Assembly (NCBI GenBank): GCA_963662405.2
Contig: CAXXKT010000001.1
Span: forward strand, 160,001 to 224,000
From: Syntrophales bacterium
Lineage (GTDB): Bacteria > Desulfobacterota > Syntrophia > Syntrophales > UBA2210
Direction of reading: 5' to 3'
Length of the DNA stretch: 64,000 bases
Part shown: one piece after another, positions 29,068 through 39,201 of the stretch
Position numbering within the stretch: position 1 is the first letter of the stretch
How the letters are laid out: the number at the start of each line of letters is the position of its first letter
Notes under the pieces: generated by a model
Told to the model about the DNA's origin: nothing
The model's database searches: none
Seen by the model: the letters and a program-made list of their open reading frames with translations, nothing else
Position numbers and translations under genes: made by a program

Positions 29068-30393
29068 TCACGATTTCACGCTATCTTTCACCCGCTCGGC
29101 TATCTTTCGCACCCGATCCATCGCCTCGTCCATATCGATCGTGAGGAGCCGGCGGTCTTCCATGACCGTCTTCCCGTCTATGATCACCGTCTTGACGTCC
29201 GATCCGCTCATGGCATAGGCGATGTGGGAATATTCGTCATAAAGCGGCGTCAGGTGGGGCTTGTTCAGATCGATGATAATGATATCCGCCCGCATCCCCT
29301 CTTTCAGTGACCCCACCATGTCCCCCATCCCCAACACACGGGCGCCGTCCCGCGTCGCCATCCGCGTCACCGTCTTCGCGGACATCACCGTGGGATCGAG
29401 ACGTGCCACCTTTTCAAGCCTCGCTGCCGTGGCCATCTCTCCGAACATGTCGAGATCGTTGTTGCTGGCGCAGCCATCGGTCCCCAGACCGACAATAATA
29501 CCGTGCTCCATCATCCTCGTTACCGGGGCCACTCCCGAGGCCAGCTTCATGTTGCTTTCGGGGTTGTGAACGACCTTGCAGCCGTGGTCGGCAAAGATCC
29601 GTATGTCCTCATCATCCATGCAGACGCAGTGAAAGGCAAAAAATCGCTCGTCGAGACACCCCAGATCCTTCAAAAAGGGAACCGCCCCCATCCCGAACCG
29701 TTCCTCCAATTGCTGTTTTTCACCCCGGTTTTCGAGGAGGTGAATCGCGAAGGGGATCGCGTACTCATCGGCCAGGGCCTTGGCATCCTTGATAACGGAG
29801 GGGGAACAGGTGTACAGCGCATGGGGTTCAACCATGATGTTGACGAAGGGATCGTCCGCCCACTTTTTAATCAGCATCCGCGTATACGCCAACCCCTCCT
29901 CGGGGGTCTTGCAACTGGGTGACGGAAAATCGAAGATCACCTCCCCGAGGAGGCAGCGCATCCCCGCCCGGCGAGTCGCCTGGGCGGTCTCGTCCTCGAA
30001 CATATACATGTCGCAGAAGGTCGTTGTCCCTGATCGGATCATCTCGGCGCAGGCGAGCAGGCTCCCCCAGTAGGCCAGTTCGGGATCGACATTTCCGGCT
30101 TCCGCGGGAAAGATGTAATTGTTCAGCCAGTCCATCAACTCCATGTCATCCGCCAGCCCGCGGAAACAGGTCATCGCCGCGTGCGTATGGGCATTGATCA
30201 GACCGGGCATGACCAGACAGCCACGGGCATCTATACTCGTACGCCCCCTATAGCGCCCTTCAACCTCCCTCGATAGGCCGATATCGACAATCGTATTTCC
30301 ATTGATGGCAAGAGAAGCGTCACGAATAATAGTGTCCTCTTCGTCCAATGTGAGAATCCGCCCCCCCGATATAACGATGTCGACTTCCTGCAT
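29068..30393 (-). CDS. mtaD: Amidohydrolase, MTA/SAH deaminase family, copy 2 (tandem duplicate)
   Basis: Same motifs and same length (441 aa); 1371-bp period. Confidence 0.88.
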   Translation of the reverse strand: MQEVDIVISGGRILTLDEEDTIIRDASLAINGNTIVDIGLSREVEGRYRGRTSIDARGCLVMPGLINAHTHAAMTCFRGLADDMELMDWLNNYIFPAEAGNVDPELAYWGSLLACAEMIRSGTTTFCDMYMFEDETAQATRRAGMRCLLGEVIFDFPSPSCKTPEEGLAYTRMLIKKWADDPFVNIMVEPHALYTCSPSVIKDAKALADEYAIPFAIHLLENRGEKQQLEERFGMGAVPFLKDLGCLDERFFAFHCVCMDDEDIRIFADHGCKVVHNPESNMKLASGVAPVTRMMEHGIIVGLGTDGCASNNDLDMFGEMATAARLEKVARLDPTVMSAKTVTRMATRDGARVLGMGDMVGSLKEGMRADIIIIDLNKPHLTPLYDEYSHIAYAMSGSDVKTVIIDGKTVMEDRRLLTIDMDEAMDRVRKIAERVKDSVKS

Positions 30394-30582
30394 CGTGACT
30401 TCGTCCTCCTTATATCCGTTTTAGATCCGTTTTAGAAAGGAAGTTTTCTTACCATTCCCCCGCTCTCCCTTCAAGGATAATTCATGCCCCGGGAGGACCA
30501 CTGTCAACACCGGATATAGCCGAATATACCTTGACATGGTTTTTTAAAAATAATAGGTAGGTGACCGGTAGCCTATAATTGT

Positions 30583-30670
30583 GCCTGGGTGGCGGAACTG
30601 GTAGACGCAAGGGACTTAAAATCCCTCGAAGCTTGCCTTCATGAGGGTTCGATTCCCTCCCCAGGCACCA
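30583..30670 (+). tRNA. tRNA-Leu(TAA)
   Basis: Acceptor GCCTGGG/CCCAGGC plus ACCA; D-loop GGAACTGGTAGAC; anticodon arm AGGGA-CTTAAAA-TCCCT; long variable arm; GGTTCGATTCC. Confidence 0.97.
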
Positions 30671-30972
30671 TTTTGTGAACATAACCATTTTTGCAAAAGG
30701 ATGCCGAGTTGGTGCGACTTTGATCTTTTGTTTTTTTGGTTTACGCGTTTGGGGGCAACAGTGAAAACCAGAGGTAGTGTTTATGCGCCAGTCGTTCAGG
30801 GCCCTACTTATCATGGCAAGAGAGAGTTCGTTCCCTTGTAATACCGAGCGATAAGCTCCTGCACGGATGCAACAAGGAAACCGAATCCTGGGAAAGAGGA
30901 AACGTGTAACACAGACAAAACAATCGACTCGAGAAGCCGAATGCGAGACCATCTCAGGTGGAGGAATCAGGC

Positions 30973-31674
30973 GTGAGCAATGATTCTGAAGGTTTAGAAC
31001 TGGAGAGAGACCTTGCCTATCTCGGTCTCCTTGATAAGGCCCAGGAGATATATATTGAACTGGGCGGGCAAGCAGTCCTTTCTTACGTGAAGTCAAGCTA
31101 TCGCCTCCTGAGCAAGGTCTACCATCCCGATCTCAACCCCGGCGCCAATCGAAAGGCAACCATAGCGCAACAAGCATTGAACCGGGTCAATCATACCATT
31201 TCCCGTATATCAGACGTAGAACTCCTTGATGTCATCAGACGGGGGATTATTGGAGACTCATCGGGAAGACAAAAAATTCTCGTTGTTGAAGATGAACCTG
31301 CAATGCATACGGTTATCCAACAAATCCTGACGATGGAGGGGTATGACTCGAGATTTGCCGAGGACGGAATCAAGGGGTACAAGGCCTTTCACCGGTTCAA
31401 GCCCGACCTGCTGCTTTGCGATGTTGTTATGCCGGGAATGAACGGCCTCGAACTCGTCGGAAAAGTCAGAAAGATCCATCCAAAAATTAAAGTTATTTAT
31501 ATAAGTGGTTTTTTTGACATAGAACCATTGAAGGGACAAATCCATGCCGATGTTACTCGGTACGGTTACCGCACTCTTGCTAAACCATTCAAGATCAGCG
31601 AAATGTTGATGCTGATAGAGGACTATCTGCAGAATGACCGAGGGCAGATTTCAGGTGTCGATACCGTTGCGTGA
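30973..31674 (+). CDS. Response-regulator receiver fused to an N-terminal J-domain-like region
   Basis: YRLLSKVYHPD; ILVVEDE, PDLLLCDVVMPGMNG, ISG, KPF. Confidence 0.85.
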   Translation: MSNDSEGLELERDLAYLGLLDKAQEIYIELGGQAVLSYVKSSYRLLSKVYHPDLNPGANRKATIAQQALNRVNHTISRISDVELLDVIRRGIIGDSSGRQKILVVEDEPAMHTVIQQILTMEGYDSRFAEDGIKGYKAFHRFKPDLLLCDVVMPGMNGLELVGKVRKIHPKIKVIYISGFFDIEPLKGQIHADVTRYGYRTLAKPFKISEMLMLIEDYLQNDRGQISGVDTVA

Positions 31675-31729
31675 CACACGCCCAGGCATATAACCCATCA
31701 TTCAGGTTCGTATTGAAAAAGCCCCTGCC

Positions 31730-33145
31730 TGAGGCGATCTCAGTCGGCCGCCCCCCTCCACGATGCATAGCGCGCCATGTACCCCAGGGATCTAACGGCC
31801 TTGCGCGTGGTGAAAAAAAAGGTATGTGGTGTGATTCCGCCATGGTGGCGAATTCCCCTACCAAGCTTTTCGATGTCCCGTATGCCCACGTCACGACCGG
31901 TTTCGCCCTGAAAGAGCTGATGTATTCAAAGAGTCCGTCATAGTACTCCGGTCTCACGATGTGAGACAGATACGTGTTCAGATAAATACCGTCGATGTTC
32001 TCGTCAGCCGCGAGGATATCAAAAGACCGCTGGTATAGGGAGAGGAGGTTCTCCCCCGCCGTGGCCGAAGCGGGCCCTACATCGACGGGATGCCCGCCCA
32101 ATGAAGGATCAAGTCCGGCAAGAGATTCCCGACTGGTTTTACTCAGCCTCCCGAGTGTGAGTCCCTAGACCGCTGCCGTGTCGATACACTGAATCCCGAT
32201 GGATCCTGAGAAAGTAATGATCCCGAGGCGGTTCCCCCGCGGCAAGGGATAACGGAGGAAGGGGGTCGCGCAGTCCCGGAGGTCTTCATATTCCTCGACC
32301 CGGATGATTCCCGACTGGTTGAACAGACCCCGGTACAGATTTTCGTTCCCCGCCAGGGATCCCGTATGCGACGCCATTGCTACGGCCGCCTCCGGGGTCA
32401 CCCCCGGTTTGAGGCAGAGGATCGGCTTTTTCAGCGAGATCCGCCGGGCCGTTTCCTTCAGTTTCCGCGGGCGCCGTGAATGTTCGATATACAGAGAGAT
32501 AACGGCGGTTTTTTCATCCCCTTCCAGATATTCCAGGCAATCCGCCTCATCAATGTCACTCATATTCCCCAAATCGATTACCTTGTTAATACCGGGACGA
32601 TACTCGTTCCATGCCATGGCCTGCGGTCCGTACATCCCGGTCTGGGTAATAATGGAAAGTCCTCCCGTCCCGTTGTATTCGTACCCTCTGTCATAGGGAA
32701 CGGTACTGATCACGTCTGCCGCGTTGAAAATGCCGACTGTATTCGGACCGATGATGCGCATGCCATAGGATGCAGCGATGGAAACGATCCTTTTCTCGCG
32801 CTCGGCCCCTTCCGGGCCGACCTCGGCAAAACCGTCCGAGACGACGATGACAGATCGTATCCCCCGGCTCCCACACTGATGGAGTATATCGGGAACGCTC
32901 CGGTAGGAAGTCACGATCACCGCCAGCTCCGGTGTCGTATCAATATCCTCCAGGGTCCGATACACCTTTTTCCCGTAGACCGTATTCGCTGACGGGTGTA
33001 TCGGATAGAGGGCACCGTGATACCCCCCCTTCAGGAGGTCCTTGATAATGACGGCCGCCCCGAAAAATCCGTTCTCACGCATGCTCCCGAAAACTGCGAT
33101 GCTCCGGGGATTAAGAAAAGCAGTAAGAAAATGTTCCCGATCCAT
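31730..33145 (-). pseudogene. ADP-forming acyl-CoA synthetase (CoA-binding) alpha subunit, disrupted; 3' boundary approximate
   Basis: NPRSIAVFG, IIGPNTVG, ASHTGSLAG; in-frame TAG at 32165-32167 and apparent frameshift at A8 run 31813-31820. Confidence 0.8.
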
Positions 33146-33277
33146 CCTGTCTGATTCCCTCCCTTTGTTCTTCGCTGCCGGCGCCGTTGCGGCACGATGG
33201 AACAGCACGTACGCATAGTAGATAGTTCATACCGGAAGGTCAAGGATGGATATAGGACCGGCTTACGGTACGCCGTC

Positions 33278-33997
33278 TCACTTCGCTATGACGGCTGAAG
33301 CTTCCGGATCAAAGGGGTTCATCCGGGCAGCCAGCGAAAAGAGGTGGGGATAACTCTCTTTCAGATGTCTCATATAGTCCGCCCATTGGACAATCAAGGC
33401 GGAATAGGCCCGCTTGATATCGACTTCGATATGCCGGCGATCCGCCTCCGTCATATGTTCAACGTCTTCCCGGTACAGCAGTTCCTCGGCCAGGTGAAAG
33501 ATCGCCCACAGGAGATCTGAAAAGCGGTCATGTTCCAGGAGGTTCGCGTTCTGGATCAGGATGAGCAGAAAAGGTCGCTTGTCCAGAAAAAAATCCTGGA
33601 GCGCCTTCAGATCACCCCTTCGTACATCGATATGGGATTGATGCCCATCCCCCGTAACCAGCCAATCGTCCAGACAGGCAGGCCCCTTCTGAATCTGATC
33701 CGTATTTTTATCAAAGCGTATAAAGATTCTAAGCAATTCGGTCCCGATCTCACTGAAAAAGGCACCGATGACCATGTTCAGTTTGTATAGTTTCGCCTTC
33801 CGGTCCCGATAATCGAGCAGTTCGTGAATAATCATGGTGACGATCAGGACCTCGATAAAGACAAAGGCAATATCCCCCACGAGAAAGATGAAGAGATGGT
33901 GGGGATCCCTGAACATCAGGAAGTGAGCGATATAAAAGAGTGTAGAGAGAAACAGGAGCGCCATGCCCCAGAGTATCTTCCAACGATCAAGCTTCAT
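33278..33997 (-). CDS. Hypothetical membrane protein
   Basis: Two N-terminal TMs; KLNMVIGAFFSEIG, NANLLEHDRFSDLLWAIFHLAEEL. Confidence 0.8.
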   Translation of the reverse strand: MKLDRWKILWGMALLFLSTLFYIAHFLMFRDPHHLFIFLVGDIAFVFIEVLIVTMIIHELLDYRDRKAKLYKLNMVIGAFFSEIGTELLRIFIRFDKNTDQIQKGPACLDDWLVTGDGHQSHIDVRRGDLKALQDFFLDKRPFLLILIQNANLLEHDRFSDLLWAIFHLAEELLYREDVEHMTEADRRHIEVDIKRAYSALIVQWADYMRHLKESYPHLFSLAARMNPFDPEASAVIAK

Positions 33998-34814
33998 TGG
34001 TTATCCTTTCTTGTGTGTCCCGCAGTATGTGCACATCACCCGGAAATGCAATGCCGGCGTTTTTCCAGATCCCCGGCCGCGTCAGGATGAAATCGTACCT
34101 GACCGGGTCATGGGGGACCATTTCCCTGAATGCGTCAGTGATCTCCAGTACCGTCTTTATATCCCCCTGCCGTCGCCTCGTCAAACCCAACCCGAGGCAG
34201 ACCCGGTGCATATGCGTATCGAGGGGAACAACCAGCGCGGACGGGGGTATGGTATCCCAGCCGCCGGGGTCGATCCCGTCTCGACGGACCATCCAGCGCA
34301 GAAAGAGGTGCAGTCTTTTGCAGGCACTGCCCCGCGCGGGAGAAGGGAGCAGACTGTTTCGTCGAGTGCCATACCCCGCACTCAACTCCTCGGTAAACCG
34401 GCATAATGCCGGCATGATCGGTTCCTCTCCCTCGCCGAAGGAACGGACAAACAAGGTATTGAGCGAACCGTACCGGCGAAGGACATTGCGGGCGCCCAGA
34501 AGCATCCCCACCATCTCTTCGCCGGTCGTGAAACGGTGTCTGAAACGTAAGAATGTGCTGTTCAGAGATCCCGGGGAGGCATCACGGACAAATCGTGCCG
34601 GAGACATCCCCATCGGTTCGAGGACCGCCTCAACACTTTTCTTGATCTGACCGACCCTCCCGTATGCAAGAGACGACGCGATAAGGCCGACGATCTCCCG
34701 ATCGGCGGGATTTTCGTATCGATAGAGAAATTCGACGGGGTCGGGAGTGACAAACTCGCGTCGGTTGTATGTCCGGTACAGTTGTTCGAGTTGTTCGGGT
34801 GTCGCGCCGTTCAC
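33987..34814 (-). CDS. TIGR02757/DUF2400 family protein
   Basis: DPVEF, DREIVGLIASSLAYGRV, SACKRLHLFLRWMVR, PLDTH, DPVRYDF. Confidence 0.9.
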   Translation of the reverse strand: MNGATPEQLEQLYRTYNRREFVTPDPVEFLYRYENPADREIVGLIASSLAYGRVGQIKKSVEAVLEPMGMSPARFVRDASPGSLNSTFLRFRHRFTTGEEMVGMLLGARNVLRRYGSLNTLFVRSFGEGEEPIMPALCRFTEELSAGYGTRRNSLLPSPARGSACKRLHLFLRWMVRRDGIDPGGWDTIPPSALVVPLDTHMHRVCLGLGLTRRRQGDIKTVLEITDAFREMVPHDPVRYDFILTRPGIWKNAGIAFPGDVHILRDTQERITNEA

Positions 34815-34840
34815 TGCACCCTCATATTTCTTTGCATGAC

Positions 34841-35506
34841 CTATTTCCCCCCGGTTATCCGCCGGTACCAGCGCGCATGCCGCCGCTTCGCGTACTCTCG
34901 GTCCACCCTCCCGGTAAAGATCCCGGGGAGAAGCGGCCAGTTGGTCTTGAAGATAAAGGCACCGAGGTGCGCGGCGATCCCGATAATGACAAGCGCGGTC
35001 CCAAAGTTGTGGAGGAGCGTGATCCAAAAGGCAAACCCCTCCGAGTAATTGATGGACGGCAGGTTCTTCAGGACCTTCAGGACACCCGTGACGATGACCA
35101 GCAGCAGTGAAAGGCCGATGAAGGCATATGCCAGACGCTGTTCGGCAAGATATTTGTCATTCTCCGGCTCCTCGCCGAAACCGAAGGTCGCGAGGATGAT
35201 CCGCACCGATTCCCGCAGGTCTCCCCGGCGCGGGAGCATATCGAATTCCCGGCGTATCCCATGAAAAACCACGTGATACGCAACCGCCCCCATCAGGAGG
35301 ACAGCCGCCCAGTAGTGGATCACCAGTGTCACCGTAAAATCGGATGTCCAGGACAGACCGGGAACCAGATCAAGCATGTACCGCTTGTAGAGGGGCATCT
35401 GCCCGAACCCGCTGAAGATAAGGGCAAAGGTCGACAGGGCGACCACCCAGTGCACCAGCAAGACCGACAGTCCGTGACGGGTCATTTTATTTTTCGTGTC
35501 CGGCAT
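34841..35506 (-). CDS. Cytochrome b subunit (FdnI-like)
   Basis: RH...VHW, KYLAEQRLAY, four TM helices with His ligands, FTG.V...YAKRRH..W. Confidence 0.85.
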   Translation of the reverse strand: MPDTKNKMTRHGLSVLLVHWVVALSTFALIFSGFGQMPLYKRYMLDLVPGLSWTSDFTVTLVIHYWAAVLLMGAVAYHVVFHGIRREFDMLPRRGDLRESVRIILATFGFGEEPENDKYLAEQRLAYAFIGLSLLLVIVTGVLKVLKNLPSINYSEGFAFWITLLHNFGTALVIIGIAAHLGAFIFKTNWPLLPGIFTGRVDREYAKRRHARWYRRITGGK

Positions 35507-36506
35507 CACCGCCACCCCCCTTCATGGTCTTATAGGCGGCCCCCACCGCGGCGGCGACCCCCGCCACCGGCGCCACCAACATCCCCCAGGCAACCCCGTT
35601 GGCCGTCTCGGTCATGTTTCGGGCACCGACCGGCATCCCGGGGTAACCGGGCAGGCCCGGCCGGGGCTGCGCCGCCTTCTGTTTCACCAATGCCTCATGG
35701 ATCTTCTCAAAGGGGACCGGGGACACATAAAAGGTCGATGTCCCGCCGTTTTCCCGTTCTCCGTAGAGGTACCCGCCGATCTCCTCCGCCTGCTTCCGGG
35801 CGAGAGCGCGCATCTCTTGCTTGTTCCCGAAGGATATGGCGCCGCGGGGGCATGCGTCGACACAGGCGGGCCGCTTCCCCGCCCTGACCCGATCAGAGCA
35901 GAGGTCGCACTTGTACATCACGCCGCCTCCTGCAAGGGTCGGGGCGATCTTCAGATATATCCCCACTCCCGACTGACGGGCGGGGACCCCCCAGGGGCAG
36001 ACCGTCCGGCACTTGGCTCCCCCGAAGCAGAGATCGTGGTCGATAAGAACCGGTCCCTCCGGCATCTTGTGGAGGACACTGAAGGGACAGAGATCGGCAC
36101 AGGGGGGATTGTCACAGTGCATACACCGCCGCTGGATATAGAGGGTATGATCCTTCCCCTCATGCTCCACGTTCACCTCCTGGACAAAGGTCCAGTTGTA
36201 CGGGGTCAGCCGGTCGGTCATCCCCCGCTTCTTTGACCAGTCCTCCCGCTTCTTCTGCGGCCAGAAATAGGGTATATCCTCCACCGGTTCGGGGAACCGG
36301 CTCTCGTTCTTGTCGCGGCAGGCGCTGACACAGGCGGGGAGAGACCGAGAGGTGCACCCGTCACACCGCGTCAGATCAATCACCGTCCCGACCTCTGCGG
36401 CTCCGGAAGCCTCCGCATACCTTCCCAGGCCGGTCAGGGCAACGCCCCCCGCAACACCCGAGGCGACGGAGCGCTTCAGGAACTCCCTCCGTGAAACATC
36501 GGACAT
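35487..36506 (-). CDS. Tat-exported 4Fe-4S dicluster protein (FdnH/HybA-like)
   Basis: SRREFLK; CDGC, CMHCDNPPCADLCP, CFGGAKCRTVCP, KCDLC, PACVDACP; C-terminal TM. Confidence 0.9.
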   Translation of the reverse strand: MSDVSRREFLKRSVASGVAGGVALTGLGRYAEASGAAEVGTVIDLTRCDGCTSRSLPACVSACRDKNESRFPEPVEDIPYFWPQKKREDWSKKRGMTDRLTPYNWTFVQEVNVEHEGKDHTLYIQRRCMHCDNPPCADLCPFSVLHKMPEGPVLIDHDLCFGGAKCRTVCPWGVPARQSGVGIYLKIAPTLAGGGVMYKCDLCSDRVRAGKRPACVDACPRGAISFGNKQEMRALARKQAEEIGGYLYGERENGGTSTFYVSPVPFEKIHEALVKQKAAQPRPGLPGYPGMPVGARNMTETANGVAWGMLVAPVAGVAAAVGAAYKTMKGGGGDAGHEK

Positions 36507-36643
36507 ATCCGCAACCCTCCTTTTCGTACCGGAAATACCAGACTGTCCGGCAACACCACCCGTCTCCCGATAGGAACAGGCATGCTCCCGATCATGAAAG
36601 AACAGGTCACTGCTGATTATGTTCTCAACAAGAGAAAGGCCTG

Positions 36644-36985
36644 CTACCGGTACGCGTTTATCTTATCCAGCAACAGCTGCTCCGGCATGGCCCCGATGAT
36701 ATCCCCCACCTTCTGTCCGTCCTTGAAGACCAGCATATCGGGGATGGAACGGATCCCGAACCGCGCCGCCGTCTGATTATTGCCGTCCACATCGAGTTTG
36801 GCAAAGACGATATCTCCCTGGTAATCCTTCGCCAGTTTATCAAGGACCGGTCCCATCATCTTGCAGGGACCACACCACTCCGCCCAGCAATCGACAACCA
36901 GGAACGGGTATTTCGCTACGGCCTCATCAATGGTACTATCGGTCACCACAACCGGACTATCGGGTTTCTCTACGAATGCTCCCAT
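36644..36985 (-). CDS. trxA: Thioredoxin
   Basis: WAEWCGPCK, IRSIP. Confidence 0.95.
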   Translation of the reverse strand: MGAFVEKPDSPVVVTDSTIDEAVAKYPFLVVDCWAEWCGPCKMMGPVLDKLAKDYQGDIVFAKLDVDGNNQTAARFGIRSIPDMLVFKDGQKVGDIIGAMPEQLLLDKINAYR

Positions 36986-37050
36986 GTACTCTCCTCCTCT
37001 ATGTTTTCTCTTTCATCCAACCGACACCGAAGCACCGGGCTCGGCGAGCC

Positions 37051-37362
37051 TTATCGTTGATCCTCTTCGGCACCCTGTTTCTCATCATCCAGCACGGTCA
37101 GAACGTCCCGTATCAATCGCGGATTTGTGAGGTAATAACACCGCAAGTTCCCGTCCTTGCGACAGGCGACAATCCCCTGTTTCTTAAGGACCGTCAGGTG
37201 CTGCGAGACATTGGCCTGGCTCGCTCCCACACAGTTCTCCACCGCACCCACACACCGTTCGCCCTCAGCCAGCTCCCGCACAATCCTGAGCCTGGTGGGA
37301 TGCCCCAATGTCTTGAAAAAATCAGCTGTCTTCCTGCAATCCACGGGTTGTCCATTCGACAT
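37051..37362 (-). CDS. ArsR/SmtB family transcriptional regulator
   Basis: FKTLGHPTRLRIV, SQANVSQHL. Confidence 0.92.
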   Translation of the reverse strand: MSNGQPVDCRKTADFFKTLGHPTRLRIVRELAEGERCVGAVENCVGASQANVSQHLTVLKKQGIVACRKDGNLRCYYLTNPRLIRDVLTVLDDEKQGAEEDQR

Positions 37363-37447
37363 ATAACAATTATCGAATATTCTTTTTCGCTAATATAGTA
37401 TCCCCTTCCCGGTTGTCAAGGGGTCGACCTCATCTCGTCGAAGTTTT

Positions 37448-38044
37448 TTATTTCCCCAGCTTTTCGAGCTCCCGTACGATCGACTCAAGGAACGGTCGCT
37501 TGTTGATGTCGTTCACATCGATGTATCGAATAATACCTGTCTTATCGATAATGATAATCGCCCGTTCCGCCGTCCCGTCGGAGCGGAGCACCCCGAAGGT
37601 ATCGGCCACCTTTCCGTGGGGCCAGAAATCGGAGAGAACCGGGAACCAGAGTTTTCCCATCTGATTGGTCCAGGCGAAGAGGGTCGGGATATTGTCCACG
37701 GTAATCCCAAGGAGAACGGCATCGTACTCTTCAAAGAGGTCCTGGAGGATGGCATACCCCGGCCATTGATCGGAGCAGACGGGGGTCCATGCCGCGGGCA
37801 CGAAGGAGATCACCACATGCCTCTTCCCCCGATACTGCGAGAGGGTGACCTCCTCGCCCGAGACGGCGGAGAGGGTGAAATCGGGGGCCGGATCTCCTAC
37901 TTTGACCCGCAGGACGCTGTCGACGGGTTTGAGTGTTCCGGTCTGATAGATGTTATTTTTAAAGGCCTCCGACAGACCGTATGCGCCCGTCGCACCCGAC
38001 ACGATCACTACCAACGACAATACCAGCATTCTGTATATCTTCAC
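37448..38044 (-). CDS. Exported peroxiredoxin (AhpC/TSA, AhpE-like)
   Basis: VGDPAPDFTL, PAAWTPVC, LSDFWPHG, AERA. Confidence 0.88.
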   Translation of the reverse strand: MKIYRMLVLSLVVIVSGATGAYGLSEAFKNNIYQTGTLKPVDSVLRVKVGDPAPDFTLSAVSGEEVTLSQYRGKRHVVISFVPAAWTPVCSDQWPGYAILQDLFEEYDAVLLGITVDNIPTLFAWTNQMGKLWFPVLSDFWPHGKVADTFGVLRSDGTAERAIIIIDKTGIIRYIDVNDINKRPFLESIVRELEKLGK

Positions 38045-38057
38045 GAGACCACCCCCT

Positions 38058-38621
38058 CTATTGCAGTCCGGACAGGCGGAGGATCTCTTCCAGAAATGCA
38101 CCGGCATCCTCGAATCCTCCGAGCTTGGAATAAAAGATCGTTGGAGCGCCCTTTTTCATCCTCACTCCGATGAAGAAGGGCGTCCTCACCTCCCCCAGCG
38201 CGACATGGACCGAAAAGTCCCTGTCGGGGACCAGGGGAAAGGGGACCCGGTACTTTTCCCTGAAGACCTTCAGTTCATAGGGTGAATTTCCCGCCCCGAT
38301 CCCTAGGAGCTTGATCCTTCCCTTCAGCTTCGGGTTCTCCTCTATCAACCGGTACAGTTCGTTGACGACAGGGGCCTCCTTCTGACAAAAGGGACAGTAC
38401 ATGCTCATTACCTCGAGGATGATCACCTCGCCCTTCACCTGTGGCAACTCGAAGAAGTCCCCACCCGACAGGCCGAGATATGCCCGATCTCCCCGCTCCG
38501 CCGGAACGGCGAGTTTGAGAGCGGTGAGGGTATCTCCGGCAGCCGGCGGCTGTGCCGCCGAGGCGTTCAGGGGGAAGAAAACGCCAAGCAGCATGACCGC
38601 ATATTGAAATACCTTCTTCAT
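38058..38621 (-). CDS. Exported TlpA-like thiol-disulfide oxidoreductase
   Basis: Signal peptide; SMYCPFCQKEAP; VRTP. Confidence 0.85.
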   Translation of the reverse strand: MKKVFQYAVMLLGVFFPLNASAAQPPAAGDTLTALKLAVPAERGDRAYLGLSGGDFFELPQVKGEVIILEVMSMYCPFCQKEAPVVNELYRLIEENPKLKGRIKLLGIGAGNSPYELKVFREKYRVPFPLVPDRDFSVHVALGEVRTPFFIGVRMKKGAPTIFYSKLGGFEDAGAFLEEILRLSGLQ

Positions 38622-38666
38622 CGTGACCTCCCTTTTCTCAAACAATACTCATATTTTCACAATCCA

Positions 38667-39185
38667 TCACGCCCCATCGAGACCGGGGGACTCCGTCCGC
38701 CGGTACCAGGAGACGGGATCGGTCAGGAACTCCTCGGTATCTTTCAGGGAGAGATAGTGCTCCCGCTCCATGGAGCTGAGGAGATCGAAGAAGGCCCGCT
38801 CCTTCTCGTCGGAGGTACCATCCCTCAGATCGGCGTAGTGCCGGATCCCCTTCGCCTCAAAATCGATGGCGATCCTGATCGCCTTCAGATCATCATCGTC
38901 ACCGGGGGGGAGCGCATCGCCCTTTCCCACCACCCGGGCAAAGAGGTCCCGTGCCTCGCTCGTACCGACGGTAAGGGCCACCGTATCCGGCCACTTCTCC
39001 TCTTTTTTCCACCTCTCGTGAAGCTCCCTCAAGCGCTCGTAGTGTTCCAGCTCATCATCAGCGATCTGTTCGAACATCGCCTTCCCCAGGGGGTTTTCCG
39101 TCCTCCCGGCCTGTTCCAGATAAAAGGCCCGCTCCCGCTGCTCGTTCTCCAGGGCGACCTTCAAGGCATCCACCTGTTGGTTCAT
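38667..39185 (-). CDS. Ferritin-like/rubrerythrin diiron protein
   Basis: ALENE...FY, DELEH, MEREH. Confidence 0.88.
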   Translation of the reverse strand: MNQQVDALKVALENEQRERAFYLEQAGRTENPLGKAMFEQIADDELEHYERLRELHERWKKEEKWPDTVALTVGTSEARDLFARVVGKGDALPPGDDDDLKAIRIAIDFEAKGIRHYADLRDGTSDEKERAFFDLLSSMEREHYLSLKDTEEFLTDPVSWYRRTESPGLDGA

Positions 39186-39201
39186 GACATACTCCTTTCA
39201 T

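Noticed and set aside
30414..30435. 11-bp tandem ATCCGTTTTAG x2 upstream of the deaminase
   Set aside because: Too short and isolated to assign a function.
32165..32167. Pyrrolysine readthrough of TAG
   Set aside because: A second lesion exists in the same gene, the site is not an evident catalytic position, and no pyl genes are in the window.
30583..33200. Integrative element at tRNA-Leu
   Set aside because: No adjacent integrase and no duplicate of the tRNA 3' end seen.
37448..38621. Additional selenoproteins among the redoxins
   Set aside because: Active sites are encoded as Cys with no in-frame TGA.
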